Part shown: positions 18,415-29,642 of the stretch, piece after piece
Layout: the number at the start of each line of letters is the position of its first letter
How positions within the stretch are numbered: position 1 is the first letter of the stretch
DNA from: a bacterium
GTDB taxonomy: Bacteria; SM23-31
DNA: 64,000 nt
Assembly (NCBI GenBank): GCA_965249485.1
Contig: OZ252239.1
Span: 2,592,001-2,656,000 of the forward strand
Direction: 5' to 3'
Notes under the pieces: model-generated
The model's database searches: none
Told to the model about the DNA's origin: nothing
Seen by the model: only the letters and a program-made list of their open reading frames with translations
Translations under genes and position numbers: made by a program

Positions 18415-18632
18415 TCTGCTCTCCTCCAAGTGTAAAATTAGGGAATTTTAATCAAAGATCTTTAAATTTAATCGAAGATAACTACAAAGCTCGGTACCGT
18501 TTGTCCATTTTTACATCCTTAAGCTTCAATTTGTGAAATGTTCGGAATATAATGAACTTTTCAATAAAGTCAACTAAATTTTTGCAATATTTGAAATTTT
18601 GTTGAATACCAATTTTAATATTGAGATTAGTT

Positions 18633-18880
18633 TTAATTACCTTCGTGCGCAAATTCAAGATTAAAGTCGAAATCAACCACATCACTCACCACAAGTCCAC
18701 CAGTTTCAAGCACTGCATTGAATTGGACACCGCACTCAAACCTGTTGATCGAACCTGTTGCATGGAACGCAGCAAGTGTCTCCCCCTCTAGCTTTTACCG
18801 GACCGCTAAGCTCAGCATCAAGCTCAACTTCTTTCATGACATCTTTTAATGGTAAGGTTACGACTATCTTATAAGAGTTG
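18633..18880 (-). pseudogene. YceI-family C-terminal relic
   Basis: Cross-frame KDVMKEVELDAELSG...FHATGSINRFECGVQFNAVLETGGLVVSDVVDFDFNLEF*. Confidence 0.7.
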
Positions 18881-19015
18881 TCTCTACTACCATGGCATTC
18901 GAAAAATCGCTATCGTTTTTAGATGATAGATTTATATCAAAATCCAGAAACCTTAATGATCCCATTTAATTGACAATATCTACAATTTACAATCCGCATT
19001 CCGCATTTTTTTAAA

Positions 19016-21203
19016 TTATGGGATAGTAAAGGAAATATATATTCCTCCGTACCAACTTCTTCCTGCACCTGGTTCAAAAAATCTTTTTCCAAATGCGTTG
19101 GGAACAATTGAGCTGTTGTAACGCTTGTCGAGTATATTATCAACTCCTAAAAACATTCGAAAAACTGCATTACCCTTTTTGTAGTTAAAATCGGTTCTAA
19201 CATCGATTGTTGTATAAGCGTCATTTTTGTAATCGTTAACAGATTCATTAGTGCCAGGGAGTGGACCATTGAAATCGTTTGCGAAATATTCGTCGACCCA
19301 ATTGATCGTTATCTCTCAAAAATATTGCTCATCGGGATCGTGAAAATTAAGTCTGGTGAACAATCTCTTTGGTGCAATACCGGGAACTTTTTTGCCGGAA
19401 AGTTGATGTTTTACAATCATGTTGTCGATTTTTTCTTCTATCAAAAAATCTTCGAAAGTAAAATCTGTGTAAGTATATGAAAAAATGACACGTGTCCATT
19501 TGGCAGGAATATAATCAATTTTTATCTCCAATCCTCGATTGTCAGCTTTTCCTGCATTGCGGAAGAAAACTTCTTCACTCATTTGAACAGGGATCTGAAA
19601 TGGTATGAGCATTTCGTTGAGTGTAGCTTTATAGCCAGTAATATCATATTGAAGGTTAGGGTTTATTATAAAACCTTTTATCCCGAGTTCATAATTTTTT
19701 ATCACTTCCGGCTGCAAATCTGGGTTAAATCCTCCTTCACCTGACGGCCGGTTTCCAAGCTCTGTTGTGGTTGGTGTTTGAAATAAGGTGGAATAATTAC
19801 CAAAAACACTTAAATTTGGTGCTGCTTGGTAGAGAATGCCAGCAACTGGACTGAATTTATCCATTACCTGTTTTCCAGATTTTTGGTTCACGGTATTAGT
19901 AAGTTTCTCTTTTACAGAAAACATAAAATAGTCGTATCGTCCTCCAAGCGTAACCACCCAATTGGGAGCAATACCGTATTCAAATTCAAAAAATGGTCCC
20001 AAGCCGTCCACATTTTTGTTCTGCGTTACTAATTTCTCCCCCTTTACTACCTGAGTCAGTGCTTTTTCATTATCATACATAACCGGCACAATGTTTACAG
20101 GTAGACCGATATTCTCATACTCGTTGCGCTTATCATTTTGAAATTCATAATCAATACCTGCGGTGGTTCGCAATGGGATTAAAGAAGAGCGGTGTGTGTA
20201 TGCGAATCGTACACCACCTGCTTTACGATCTAATTTAATAATACGCCCAGGGATATTATTGTCGGTATTGCGATAGATACCATAAAATGTTGCTTTATAT
20301 GAATTATCATTATTAGATTATATATTTTAACGTTAAGCCGGATTGAAAAGAGTTGACTCTTTTGCCTGCACCTTGTTGTACTATGAAGTTTCGTGCAAAT
20401 TTTGGATCTGACAATGAAGTTATCTTATCGATCTAACTGGGATTTAAAAGATATGGGGCGTCATAATTGTTAAGCACAGTACTCAGTTGCAATTTCTCAG
20501 ATATTGCAAAGTGGGCAACCACATTTATCGTAGTGAATTCTCCGGAAGAATGATCACGAAACTCATTGATGCTATTGTGGCTGAAATTTGCCATGTACCT
20601 TATTTTATTTTGATGTCCCTGCAGCTTTCCTTGCCACCTCGTATGACCAAATGATCCGGATATGAATGACGGCTGCAGCTGAAAAGTACCGTATTGAGTA
20701 GATTCAGTGCTCATAGAAATGACACCGCCTGAAGAATTACCGTACAGAGACGAACTTGGACCGCGTATCACTTCTACTGTTCCGGCAGATCCGAAATCGA
20801 AGTTATTCAGTTGAGATTGTCTATCAGCCATCGTAAGAGGAATATCATCCAAAATAATCTTAATGCCACGGACACCAAACTGTGCTCTTGAACCAATACC
20901 TCGAATAGTGATTCGGTCTCCCTGAGATAAATTAAATCTATTATTCACAAAGACACCGGGAATTGTGGCAAGAAATTCATCAAAAGAGAGAGATTGTGTG
21001 CCAGTCTTTAACCGTTTGGCCTCAATAACATCTATCGCTCTGGGTACACGTTGTATCGATTGAATTGCTCTGGTAGCAGTAACTACAATAGGAGAAATTA
21101 CATACTCTACCAATGATGTGTCTTGATGTACTGCTTCTTGTGCAAAAACAACGGGACTTCCTGACAAGAGCACAGCCAAAACTATATGTATCATTCGTTG
21201 CAT
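19016..21203 (-). pseudogene. TonB-dependent receptor pseudogene
   Basis: Plug in 20433-21203 (VVTATR, EVIRGPSSSLYG), barrel in 19316-20173, C-terminal FFEPGAGRSWYGG; broken by TAG at 20433, a frameshift near 20315, TGA at 19316 and further lesions. Confidence 0.85.
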
Positions 21204-21375
21204 TTTATAGTATGAGATATGTATTTAATGCTAGGTAACATAAAAAAAGGAGAATCACGATAACTAACATGATTATCCAGCCGCTAAATTTATATAATTG
21301 TTATAAATACAACACAAACAACAAAATATTTAGAAATGTTTCAAATTTTGCGTACGTAACTGTTTCAATAATTAA

Positions 21376-21410
21376 GTTAAGAGAATATTAGCTTATAATA
21401 TTCTCTTAAC
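21376..21410. repeat. Perfect 15-bp inverted repeat (terminator or operator)
   Basis: GTTAAGAGAATATTA-gctta-TAATATTCTCTTAAC. Confidence 0.7.
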
Positions 21411-21509
21411 ACACTTCACTGAAAATACACTAAAACAAATTAATGAAAACTTATTGTTGAAATAGTAGTATCATGAAAAGCTTCATATATTTTACTGATA
21501 TATTCATTA

Positions 21510-21550
21510 AAGGTTTAATATACAGGAAGGTTTAATATACAGGAAGGTTT
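21510..21550. repeat. 17-bp tandem duplication spanning the peptidase stop codon
   Basis: AAGGTTTAATATACAGG, about 2.4 copies. Confidence 0.8.
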
Positions 21551-23781
21551 TCACGAAGATAACGGGTCATGAGTTCATACAAATGCCTGCTGGTATTCAT
21601 CCCTTCATATATACCGTGCGTTCTATTGGGATATGACATCATTGAAAAATGTTTATTATTTCTAACAAGCTCATTTATAAGAACTTCCGTGTTTTGATAA
21701 TGGACATTATCATCGCCGGTACCGTGAATAATCAAAAGATTGCCTTCTAATTTTTCGGCAAACGTAATTGGAGAACCGATAGTATATTCGTATGAGTTCT
21801 CATCGGGTAAACCCATATATCGCTCCTGATATATCGTGTCATACAGTCTGAGATCAGTAACTGGCGCTACTGCAATAGCAGTTTTGTACAAATCAGGATA
21901 ACGGAATATCTGATTTAGACTCATCGTACCGCCACCACTCCATCCCCAAATTCCGATGCGTTCAGAATCGATGTAGGATCTTTCAAACAAGACTGACTTA
22001 AGTGCCTGAGCTTGATCCGATGTATCGAGGATCCCCAATTTATTGTAAATCGCCTTTCTCCAATTTCGGCTGCGTGGAGCGGGCGTTCCCCGGTTATCTA
22101 TACTCATGATGAGATAACCCTCCTGAGCCAGCATTTGGTGCCACAAATAGCGTGAACCGCTCCATCGGTCAAGTACCGTTTGAGCAGCAGGACCTCCGTA
22201 AAGATAAAGAAGCAGCGGATATCTTTTCTGTGGATCAAAATTATACGGTTTGATCAACCACGCATCAAGCTCGTCGTCTTCGTCTATAGATATATGAAAA
22301 AACTCAACTGAGTTTCTCTTGAGATTACTAACATTTGTATGTAATGATTCATTTTCATTTAATAATACAATTGATGTATGATCAGGTAGACTGATAAGTT
22401 CTGTAATAGGAGGCGTATCATACGAAGAATACGTGTGAAACGACCATTGCGAATTAGGTGAAATCTTGTATGAATGTGTTCCACTCAGCCGGTCAGGTGT
22501 AATTCTGACAATATCACCACCCTCTTGAAGAGTTGTACGATACAGATATCTCTGTGTAGGATTATCGGGGGAAGCTATAAAATATATCAATCCGTTCTTT
22601 TCATCAATACTCTGAATGGAAACTACATCAAAATTTCCGGGTGCCAACAATGAAATTTCATTGCCGTTATTGGATACTTTATAAATGTGTTTCCAGCCAT
22701 CACGTTCACTGAGCCAGATAAATGAATCACCATTTTCAATCCAACGAAAATCGTCGTTTATATCGACCCAAGCCTCATCTTGCTCAGTAAAAACTGTTGT
22801 TGTTTCACCAGTTTCAGTATTACCAACTACAATTTGCAAGGTGTTTTGCAGACGATTTAATAATTGAATTACTACTTCTTCAGAGTTATGAGCCCATTCC
22901 ATTCGGGCAATATACTGTTCTTGTGGATTTCCAGGGATATCAAGCCAGCGTTTAACACTGTCCCTGATATTGACGACACCGATGCGTCCTGTAGAATTTG
23001 TTGTTCCGGCTTTTGGGTATTGTACCGGCACAATCTCAGTATAGAGTGAGTCGGTTGTGTTGATCATGTAAAATTCACCAACATCTTTCGCATCAAGCTG
23101 CCAGAACGCAATATGATTACCGTCAGGACTCCAACAATATCCATTCCTCAAAGATAGTTCTTCTTCATACACCCAATCAAACGTGCCGTTTATTATAGTG
23201 TTTGAACCATCAAATGTTAATTGAGTGATATTTTTGGTTTTTATATCCTCAACATAAATATTATTACCAGAAACAAAGGCTATTTTGTCGCCATTCGGAG
23301 AGTATGTTGCAAACATCAAAGATGATGGTTGTGCAACTCCTCCAAGTTGATTTAAATCCCAATTATCAAGGTTGAGTAACCAGTAGTCACCGCGAGTGTT
23401 CTGCCGCCACACGCGCTGTGAGTTAGTATAGATTAAAACCGTTTTATTATCAGGGGCAATTGTATAATTCTCTATAATCAGTGGCGTATTTGTGTCTACA
23501 GGTATAAGCTGTGCAGCAGAAATTACAATTTTTCGAGCGTGATTGTTCGGATTGTATTGGACAATATCAAAACTACCCTCAATTTCTCCGGAAGGCTCAA
23601 GGGTTGTATAGCGCGAACCATCATTCGACCAAAATGCGGGACCGAATCGCCCCTGCGAAAATTCCTGTGAGCTGAAAATTCTTTCAAGTGTTAAATTTCC
23701 AGAGTCGGAATCTTGAGCAATCCCTAATTGTGCCACTATGAGCAACAGAAGTGATAGAATAACAATTTTGTATTTTATCAA
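21532..23781 (-). CDS. Dipeptidyl peptidase IV (S9B family)
   Basis: Signal peptide, DWVYEEE, GWSGGG nucleophile, HGTGDDNVH and RTHGI. Confidence 0.95.
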   Translation of the reverse strand: MIKYKIVILSLLLLIVAQLGIAQDSDSGNLTLERIFSSQEFSQGRFGPAFWSNDGSRYTTLEPSGEIEGSFDIVQYNPNNHARKIVISAAQLIPVDTNTPLIIENYTIAPDNKTVLIYTNSQRVWRQNTRGDYWLLNLDNWDLNQLGGVAQPSSLMFATYSPNGDKIAFVSGNNIYVEDIKTKNITQLTFDGSNTIINGTFDWVYEEELSLRNGYCWSPDGNHIAFWQLDAKDVGEFYMINTTDSLYTEIVPVQYPKAGTTNSTGRIGVVNIRDSVKRWLDIPGNPQEQYIARMEWAHNSEEVVIQLLNRLQNTLQIVVGNTETGETTTVFTEQDEAWVDINDDFRWIENGDSFIWLSERDGWKHIYKVSNNGNEISLLAPGNFDVVSIQSIDEKNGLIYFIASPDNPTQRYLYRTTLQEGGDIVRITPDRLSGTHSYKISPNSQWSFHTYSSYDTPPITELISLPDHTSIVLLNENESLHTNVSNLKRNSVEFFHISIDEDDELDAWLIKPYNFDPQKRYPLLLYLYGGPAAQTVLDRWSGSRYLWHQMLAQEGYLIMSIDNRGTPAPRSRNWRKAIYNKLGILDTSDQAQALKSVLFERSYIDSERIGIWGWSGGGTMSLNQIFRYPDLYKTAIAVAPVTDLRLYDTIYQERYMGLPDENSYEYTIGSPITFAEKLEGNLLIIHGTGDDNVHYQNTEVLINELVRNNKHFSMMSYPNRTHGIYEGMNTSRHLYELMTRYLRENLPVY

Positions 23782-23979
23782 GACAGTACCTCACTATAAT
23801 TATATTCGGAGAATGAATAAAAGAGTTATAAATGATTGGGAAGATACAAACTATGGAAAGACATTCCAAATGAAGAAAATATTTTAAGTATATTTTAATT
23901 ATTTGTGATAATAAAAAATCCTGCAAAGGTATGAAATTATAATTCTGCCCGGGATTTTCAGCATAAGAACTCAAACTTT

Positions 23980-24190
23980 TTACACATGAATCGTCATGTA
24001 CTCAGCCGCTTGAGCAGCTTTTCCTATGGCTTCCGGGAGAGTTGGATAGCATGGGGCGAGTGGGCAATATCTTCTATACTTTCAGAAAACTCGCGTGCAA
24101 TTACTCCCTCGGCAATGATATCGGAAGCCCGTGCTAATAATATATACAGACAAAGCATATCATCTGTTTTTGCATCACTTTTAAGGATTC
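23980..24190 (-). pseudogene. lpdA: Dihydrolipoamide dehydrogenase C-terminal relic
   Basis: SDAKTDDML...ARASDIIAEGVIAREFSESIEDIAHSPHA, then after a frameshift PTLPEAIGKAA...IHV* (HPTxxE motif). Confidence 0.75.
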
Positions 24191-24342
24191 TGCAATGTGA
24201 TTTGTAATTTTAGATTAGGACAGTTAATAGCTGGTATTAGGCAACGAGTTAAACATTTTCAAATTTAATACGATTAAATTGTAGGCAGGAATTGTTGAGA
24301 TAGGAATCTAAACGATCCTGATGTAAAGTGTGTTTCAGATTA

Positions 24343-25753
24343 TTAACCGCCTATCATCTTCTTAATATTATCAAATATCCACTCAAATACAGAATACTTT
24401 AATTTGTAATCAGTTCGAAGCTTCATAGCTTCTTCCTTTTTTGACTCATGCATTAATTTTGAATAAAGTTCTTTAACAATATGCTCTATGCTCCTATTAT
24501 GTATTTTTCGCTCCTTTTTTATAGCTAAAGCCTCACGATATTGTTCTTGCATTATAAGAGATTCCCAATATTTGATCGTCGCAATATGAGCGCGTTTCTC
24601 CTTGATTTTAAAATAGAAAGCAAAATCAGCGGCAATATCCATCTGATTTTGTTCATATAATTGATGGAATCGAGTTACGATTTCACCAAGTGTGTCTTTG
24701 TCTGCTATTTTCAAATCAAGATCGCCGACAACCTTAAACATAATTTCAAACTGATCAGAACGTAAAAGATGATTAACAGCATCTGTGAGAGCTTCAGTAA
24801 CAATGTCGCTCGGAGTTTCATATTCATCAATAAAAGTTTTGATTTCTTGTGTTTCTCCGTTTTTGGCGGCACTCTGGATGAACAATTTAGAAGATTTCGT
24901 TATCTTTTCAGCAGCATCTTCGGATGAGTAATCAAATTGGAAATTGTAGTTTTGTTTTAGAAAAAGTGCGCCATTTAAGTTGTTTTCTTCAAGCAGCTTA
25001 AAATGTGAATTCTCAGCTGCTTGTATTACATCAAATGTAATCACTTGCGGAGTGCCCGAATCGAGCAACTTGAAATTTTGTGCAACTTGATATGCAGATG
25101 GTCCTCTCCCATCCTCCAGCATTTTGTTGTGAACCTTTGCTATTGATCCTGCTAAGGAACGTTACTATTTCGGATAATATAGGATTATGAACATAATCCC
25201 GATAAATATCAAATGTATCTACTATTTGATACAGTTTGTCAATTTTGTTTTGGTTCAAATATTCTGATATAACACGATCATTAAAAAGTTGTACAAAATA
25301 ATTGACTTCTTTTTCATCAAGATCCTCTAAATCTTCATCATGAAGTATTTTGTGTTCACTTTCAATTTCAATAATTGAATTAAGCTTGTTGTCAGACAAG
25401 AGCTGACCATACCCCTTTAGACCAACAGAAAGCAGTCTTTTTTTGGTCAGATCAAAAACTTTGCCCAGAAAAAAAGCGTTGATGTAGGATTTGTCATCGA
25501 CCAGAACATTAAACTTGTTTCTCATCTCATTTAAAATGGATTCTATATTAATTTTGAAACTGTTAAAAACGTTTAACGCCTCGGGTATTTTCCGGTCATT
25601 GAGTAACTGCTTAAAAGCTTTTTCTGCTATCTCATTTACTTCACTATCGCTTAATTCTTTACCACTTAACTTATTTCTTGCCCCCTTGATATTACCCGAT
25701 AATAGATGATCAAAAAACTCACTTTTAAGAACATTTCTTTCTTCAGCTTGCAT
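24343..25753 (-). pseudogene. Alpha-helical repeat protein with one frameshift near 25155
   Basis: ORFs 25031-25783 and 24343-25122 join into one helical-repeat protein; the lesion could be a sequencing error. Confidence 0.65.
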
Positions 25754-26163
25754 TTTCTTATTCAGACTTATATTGTACAACAAGTAATTGTGAAAATTTG
25801 TCTAAAGTTTACAATTATTCCATGAAAATGCAACTCTTAATTGCATTTAATTCAATTTTTTTATTTTTTGCAAGAAGTAGCGTTTAGCAATTTTTATTTG
25901 ACCAAATTCATTGATTTTATAAATTTACTTAAAAATTACTTGAAAAAGTACCATTTCTCTTTGTACGTTATAAGACTTAAGTCTTTTTATAAGTCGTGTT
26001 TATTTATCATACACTTCAGTTTGATTACCCCTATAGTGTTTTTACAATTCAATGTATTAAATTAGCACTAATTTGCCTGAAATAGTTCTACATGTTTCTG
26101 AGATGGGTATTCTTGTTTATGTTTAATAAATCACTTTTTGTATCTTCTTGAGGATAGATTAAT

Positions 26164-27422
26164 ATGGAAAATATTAGTTACGAAGAAGCCGTCAGTTCTT
26201 TTAAACAACAGTTGGAAGAAGGTAATTTAGAGGAAGCAAATCGCTTAAAAAGAACGCATGACATAAAAAAGGTTGAGTATCTTGACAGCGTTTTGGGCTA
26301 TATTCAACATTTGTTGAAATCTAACAAAATTGATATACCACTTCAAATTAAAGATGAATACGCATTGCAACTCGAAGAAGTGAATTCTGTTTTGTTAAAA
26401 GGGGTTGAATTTCTACTTGGCGACAGAAAGAAAGAAAGTGTTGATAGGATTATTAAGGAATTCGGTTTAAAAAAAGATGCATGTACCAGTATAGTATCTA
26501 AAACTTATGATCAATATATTACGGACGCCATATATGATGAAGCTGCCGCATTAGCAAAGGAATTCAAACTCGGTGATGATAAAATTCTCAATGCAGCTTT
26601 TCTTGACTTTTCAATCAAACTAAAGCATAACAAGATTGAACAATCACAGGTCATTCGAGAAAAATACAAATTACCTGATGATAAGGTAAACAACAAAATC
26701 AATGAAATTTTTATAGATGATGTACAAAATAACCGGTTTGACCAGGCTAAAAAAATAAAAAATACTTTGAAATTGTCGTCTGATTTTTACGGGCCAATTA
26801 TTATATCTACTATCAAGTCACAACTTCAAGCAAAGAACCTGGATGGCGCAATGCGTTATTTTCAGGAGTTTGAAATATCACCTAATGATATTTCTTCAGA
26901 TACTATTGAATTATTAAATCAATATTTAGATAAGGACAGCTACAAACTTGCAAAAATTCTCGTACAAGAATTCAATGTTTCAAAGGAACAGTACAATACT
27001 CTATTATTGAAAACATTTGAGAAGAAAATCAACAGTACAAATTATGAATCGGCAAAATTTTTAATGAGAGAATTTAATCTTTCTTCAAAAGATACAGGAA
27101 CTCTTGTAAATAAAATTTTTGAAAATTTCTACCATCAAAAGCTGTTAGAGCGAGCAGTGAATTTCGGGAAAGATTTTAATGTGAATCCGAAGCTGTTACA
27201 TAAAGCTGCATGGGAGTTGTTCGACAAGAAGCTCGAAAAAACGACTTCCCAACAGCTGCAAAAGTTGCAACACAATTTCAATTGCCGAATGATCGTGTCA
27301 AATCTGAGGTTGATAAATTGATTGCAAAATTTAAATCGGAAAAGAACACCCGTAACATTGAGGCAATAAAAAGCTCATTTAAGCACCTTAAAAGTGGATT
27401 TCTATCCAAGTTTTTTAAATAA
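26164..27422 (+). pseudogene. Alpha-solenoid protein of 12 x 34-aa repeats, one frameshift at the A6 run near 27240
   Basis: Adding one A restores EKNDFPTAAKVATQFQL and continues the 34-aa periodicity; the lesion could be a sequencing error. Confidence 0.7.
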
Positions 27423-27439
27423 TCAGTTTTGTGGAGTCT

Positions 27440-27700
27440 CTCTCCTACTTTCTGAGTACTTCAGAAACTGATTCTGAAAAATCGGACCGTTCATATTTTT
27501 TTTGAAAACCCCCTTATACTTCTACCTTTAAGAGCTCTTGGATTTCTTTTTATAGAGCGAATTCATTCACAAAAAGAATTTTTGTAAATGGCTTGATTAT
27601 TGATTTACAATTAAGTTTCTTTACCAGTCATCTTTAGCTTGACCATATCATTCAAATCGCTTTTCTCTCGAATTATTGAAATTGCTTCGTTACCATCGAT
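27440..27700 (-). pseudogene. Possible response-regulator receiver-domain relic
   Basis: DGNEAISII...DMVKLKMTGKET*...IQELLK...KKYERSDFSESVSEVL with stops and frameshifts. Confidence 0.35.
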
Positions 27701-27856
27701 GGTCTAGTCCGCTTTTTGCGACATTGACTAATCAACTAAGAGATTTGTTTGCTTTTACAAGCATTATTTGCTCCTGGAGTAATCGGAATTGGATTCCAAC
27801 AATTTTGATATCAATCGATTGATCGTTATAGCAATTTTTAGTAAAAATAGCCGACT

Positions 27857-29236
27857 CTAATGGATCAATACAACTCCCTCATTTGGTGGCTGTATATTTT
27901 CAACTCCATGGCTTGCTATAACTTGAGCATTTGAAATATTTAATGACAGTGGAAAACCAGGCCTTTCAGCAAGGTTCATATGGACCATATATTCAAATGC
28001 AAAAATATGATTTTCTTGAATGATTAAACGATGCGTGTCCGGCCGAAATTCTGCCATAGAGGGTCCGACTTCACCAGTATTGCCTAATGCGTGATTATCA
28101 ATGGAAATTCCTGCGACATCAGTTCCTTTATTTGCGAGCGCATTCTGTACTATTATATCACTTTTACCATCATCTTTAAAAGGTGTATAGATATAGCCTG
28201 CCTCTTCCATGGCTTTTACCATAGCATCCAAGGACTCACCAGCCGTCATGCCAACTCTCATATGCGGTCGCATGATCCATTGCCCAGCTATTGCTTTATC
28301 ATAAACTCTTTGTAAAAAATCAGGTAATTTTGTTTCTCCTTCCCGCAAAATATAGGCATAAATTTTAGTATCTACAGGAAAATTAATATGGCTATACCTT
28401 GGCCCGCCACCACCACCATAAAATAAATCACCACGTTGCAATGTGTAATTGGGAGACCCCATTTCGGACATATCGGAAACTGCCGAATAAACTACTCGAG
28501 CCCCAACTTCTCTTGCTGACGTGGCACCCGGCACAATAGTAGATAATCGTTGTAACTTACGCTGCCGGGCCATTGTCAATAAATGGGTCTGTGCTGCAAT
28601 TTCTCTGCTTGTTCTCCTCACAACGAAATCAAGAATAACATCTTCAGCTGACGTAATTCTTGCAGAATATTTTGGGCCTAAAATCTTATTAAGTTTCTGA
28701 AAAGCAGTGTACGAAATACCATCTGCTAAAGGGAGCCATTCCGAAAAATTTACTGCAATCGTATTTGGATCACGCTCTTCAATAAATTGTGTTATTTCGT
28801 CATAGATTTCGGGAATCGTAAAACTTTGACCCTTATCCATATTATTAAAATTATAACCGCCTAAAGCCATATTTACTGCGCGTGAACCACGCACGTCAAT
28901 ATTTTCAATAGCCCCTGAACTCATACCAAACATAGCTCTCTCGATTTTATTTCCAAGATCAGTAAAAATTAAATAACCGGAAGTTTCTCCAAAATGTAGA
29001 GCCAATTTGTCTCCACTTTCTTCATTGGCAAAGACCCCCTCCGCTCGAGTGACATGAATCCACATGTCCACGTTGTTGTCACGCATTGCTCCCGGCAGGA
29101 TTAGATCAAGTTTTTCGTTTCTTATCAGGCGTAGAATTTCCCTTTCGGTTTCCGGTGAATACCCTTCAGTCTGTGCCGTGGCAGCAGGCACTATTACCAT
29201 TACAGCGACCAAAATAATCATTACTCGTGTTAACAT
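27857..29236 (-). CDS. Secreted M24/Xaa-Pro peptidase-like protein, paralog 1
   Basis: Signal peptide; KLDLILPGAMRDNNVDMWIHVTR, LQRGD, NHALG and FAFEY. Confidence 0.75.
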   Translation of the reverse strand: MLTRVMIILVAVMVIVPAATAQTEGYSPETEREILRLIRNEKLDLILPGAMRDNNVDMWIHVTRAEGVFANEESGDKLALHFGETSGYLIFTDLGNKIERAMFGMSSGAIENIDVRGSRAVNMALGGYNFNNMDKGQSFTIPEIYDEITQFIEERDPNTIAVNFSEWLPLADGISYTAFQKLNKILGPKYSARITSAEDVILDFVVRRTSREIAAQTHLLTMARQRKLQRLSTIVPGATSAREVGARVVYSAVSDMSEMGSPNYTLQRGDLFYGGGGGPRYSHINFPVDTKIYAYILREGETKLPDFLQRVYDKAIAGQWIMRPHMRVGMTAGESLDAMVKAMEEAGYIYTPFKDDGKSDIIVQNALANKGTDVAGISIDNHALGNTGEVGPSMAEFRPDTHRLIIQENHIFAFEYMVHMNLAERPGFPLSLNISNAQVIASHGVENIQPPNEGVVLIH

Positions 29237-29642
29237 AGTAAGACCCTCCCTTGGTTAAAAGACGATAATTTGTCAAAACCATTGTTGACAGAATGTTTAT
29301 GTTCAGTTATGATTTTCGTAAATTTCTAATCACGAATTATATGAAATATGGATGAGCAATGCAGAAATATAGAGATTGCAATTAATGGTAAGTTATGACA
29401 TACTTAATTACAAGCATTATTTGTATTTCGGTTAGTTCGATAAAAGAATAAGAAGTTGGATTTAGCTAAATATCAGTAAACAATAGAATTGTTTTCAATT
29501 TCAAATAGCAATGGGTTGATTCGTAGAAGCCGGCATTTAATATTAGATTAACTGGAATAATGAATAAGCTAAAATAGCACCATACGACACCACCAACTCA
29601 TATAACAGGTAAAGCATCGTCTTCTCTTTCACAACCTGAGTC

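Noticed and set aside
19016..21203. Stop-codon recoding (Sec, Pyl or an alternative code) in the broken TonB receptor
   Set aside because: The lesions mix TAG, TGA and frameshifts, and other genes use TAG and TGA as normal stops
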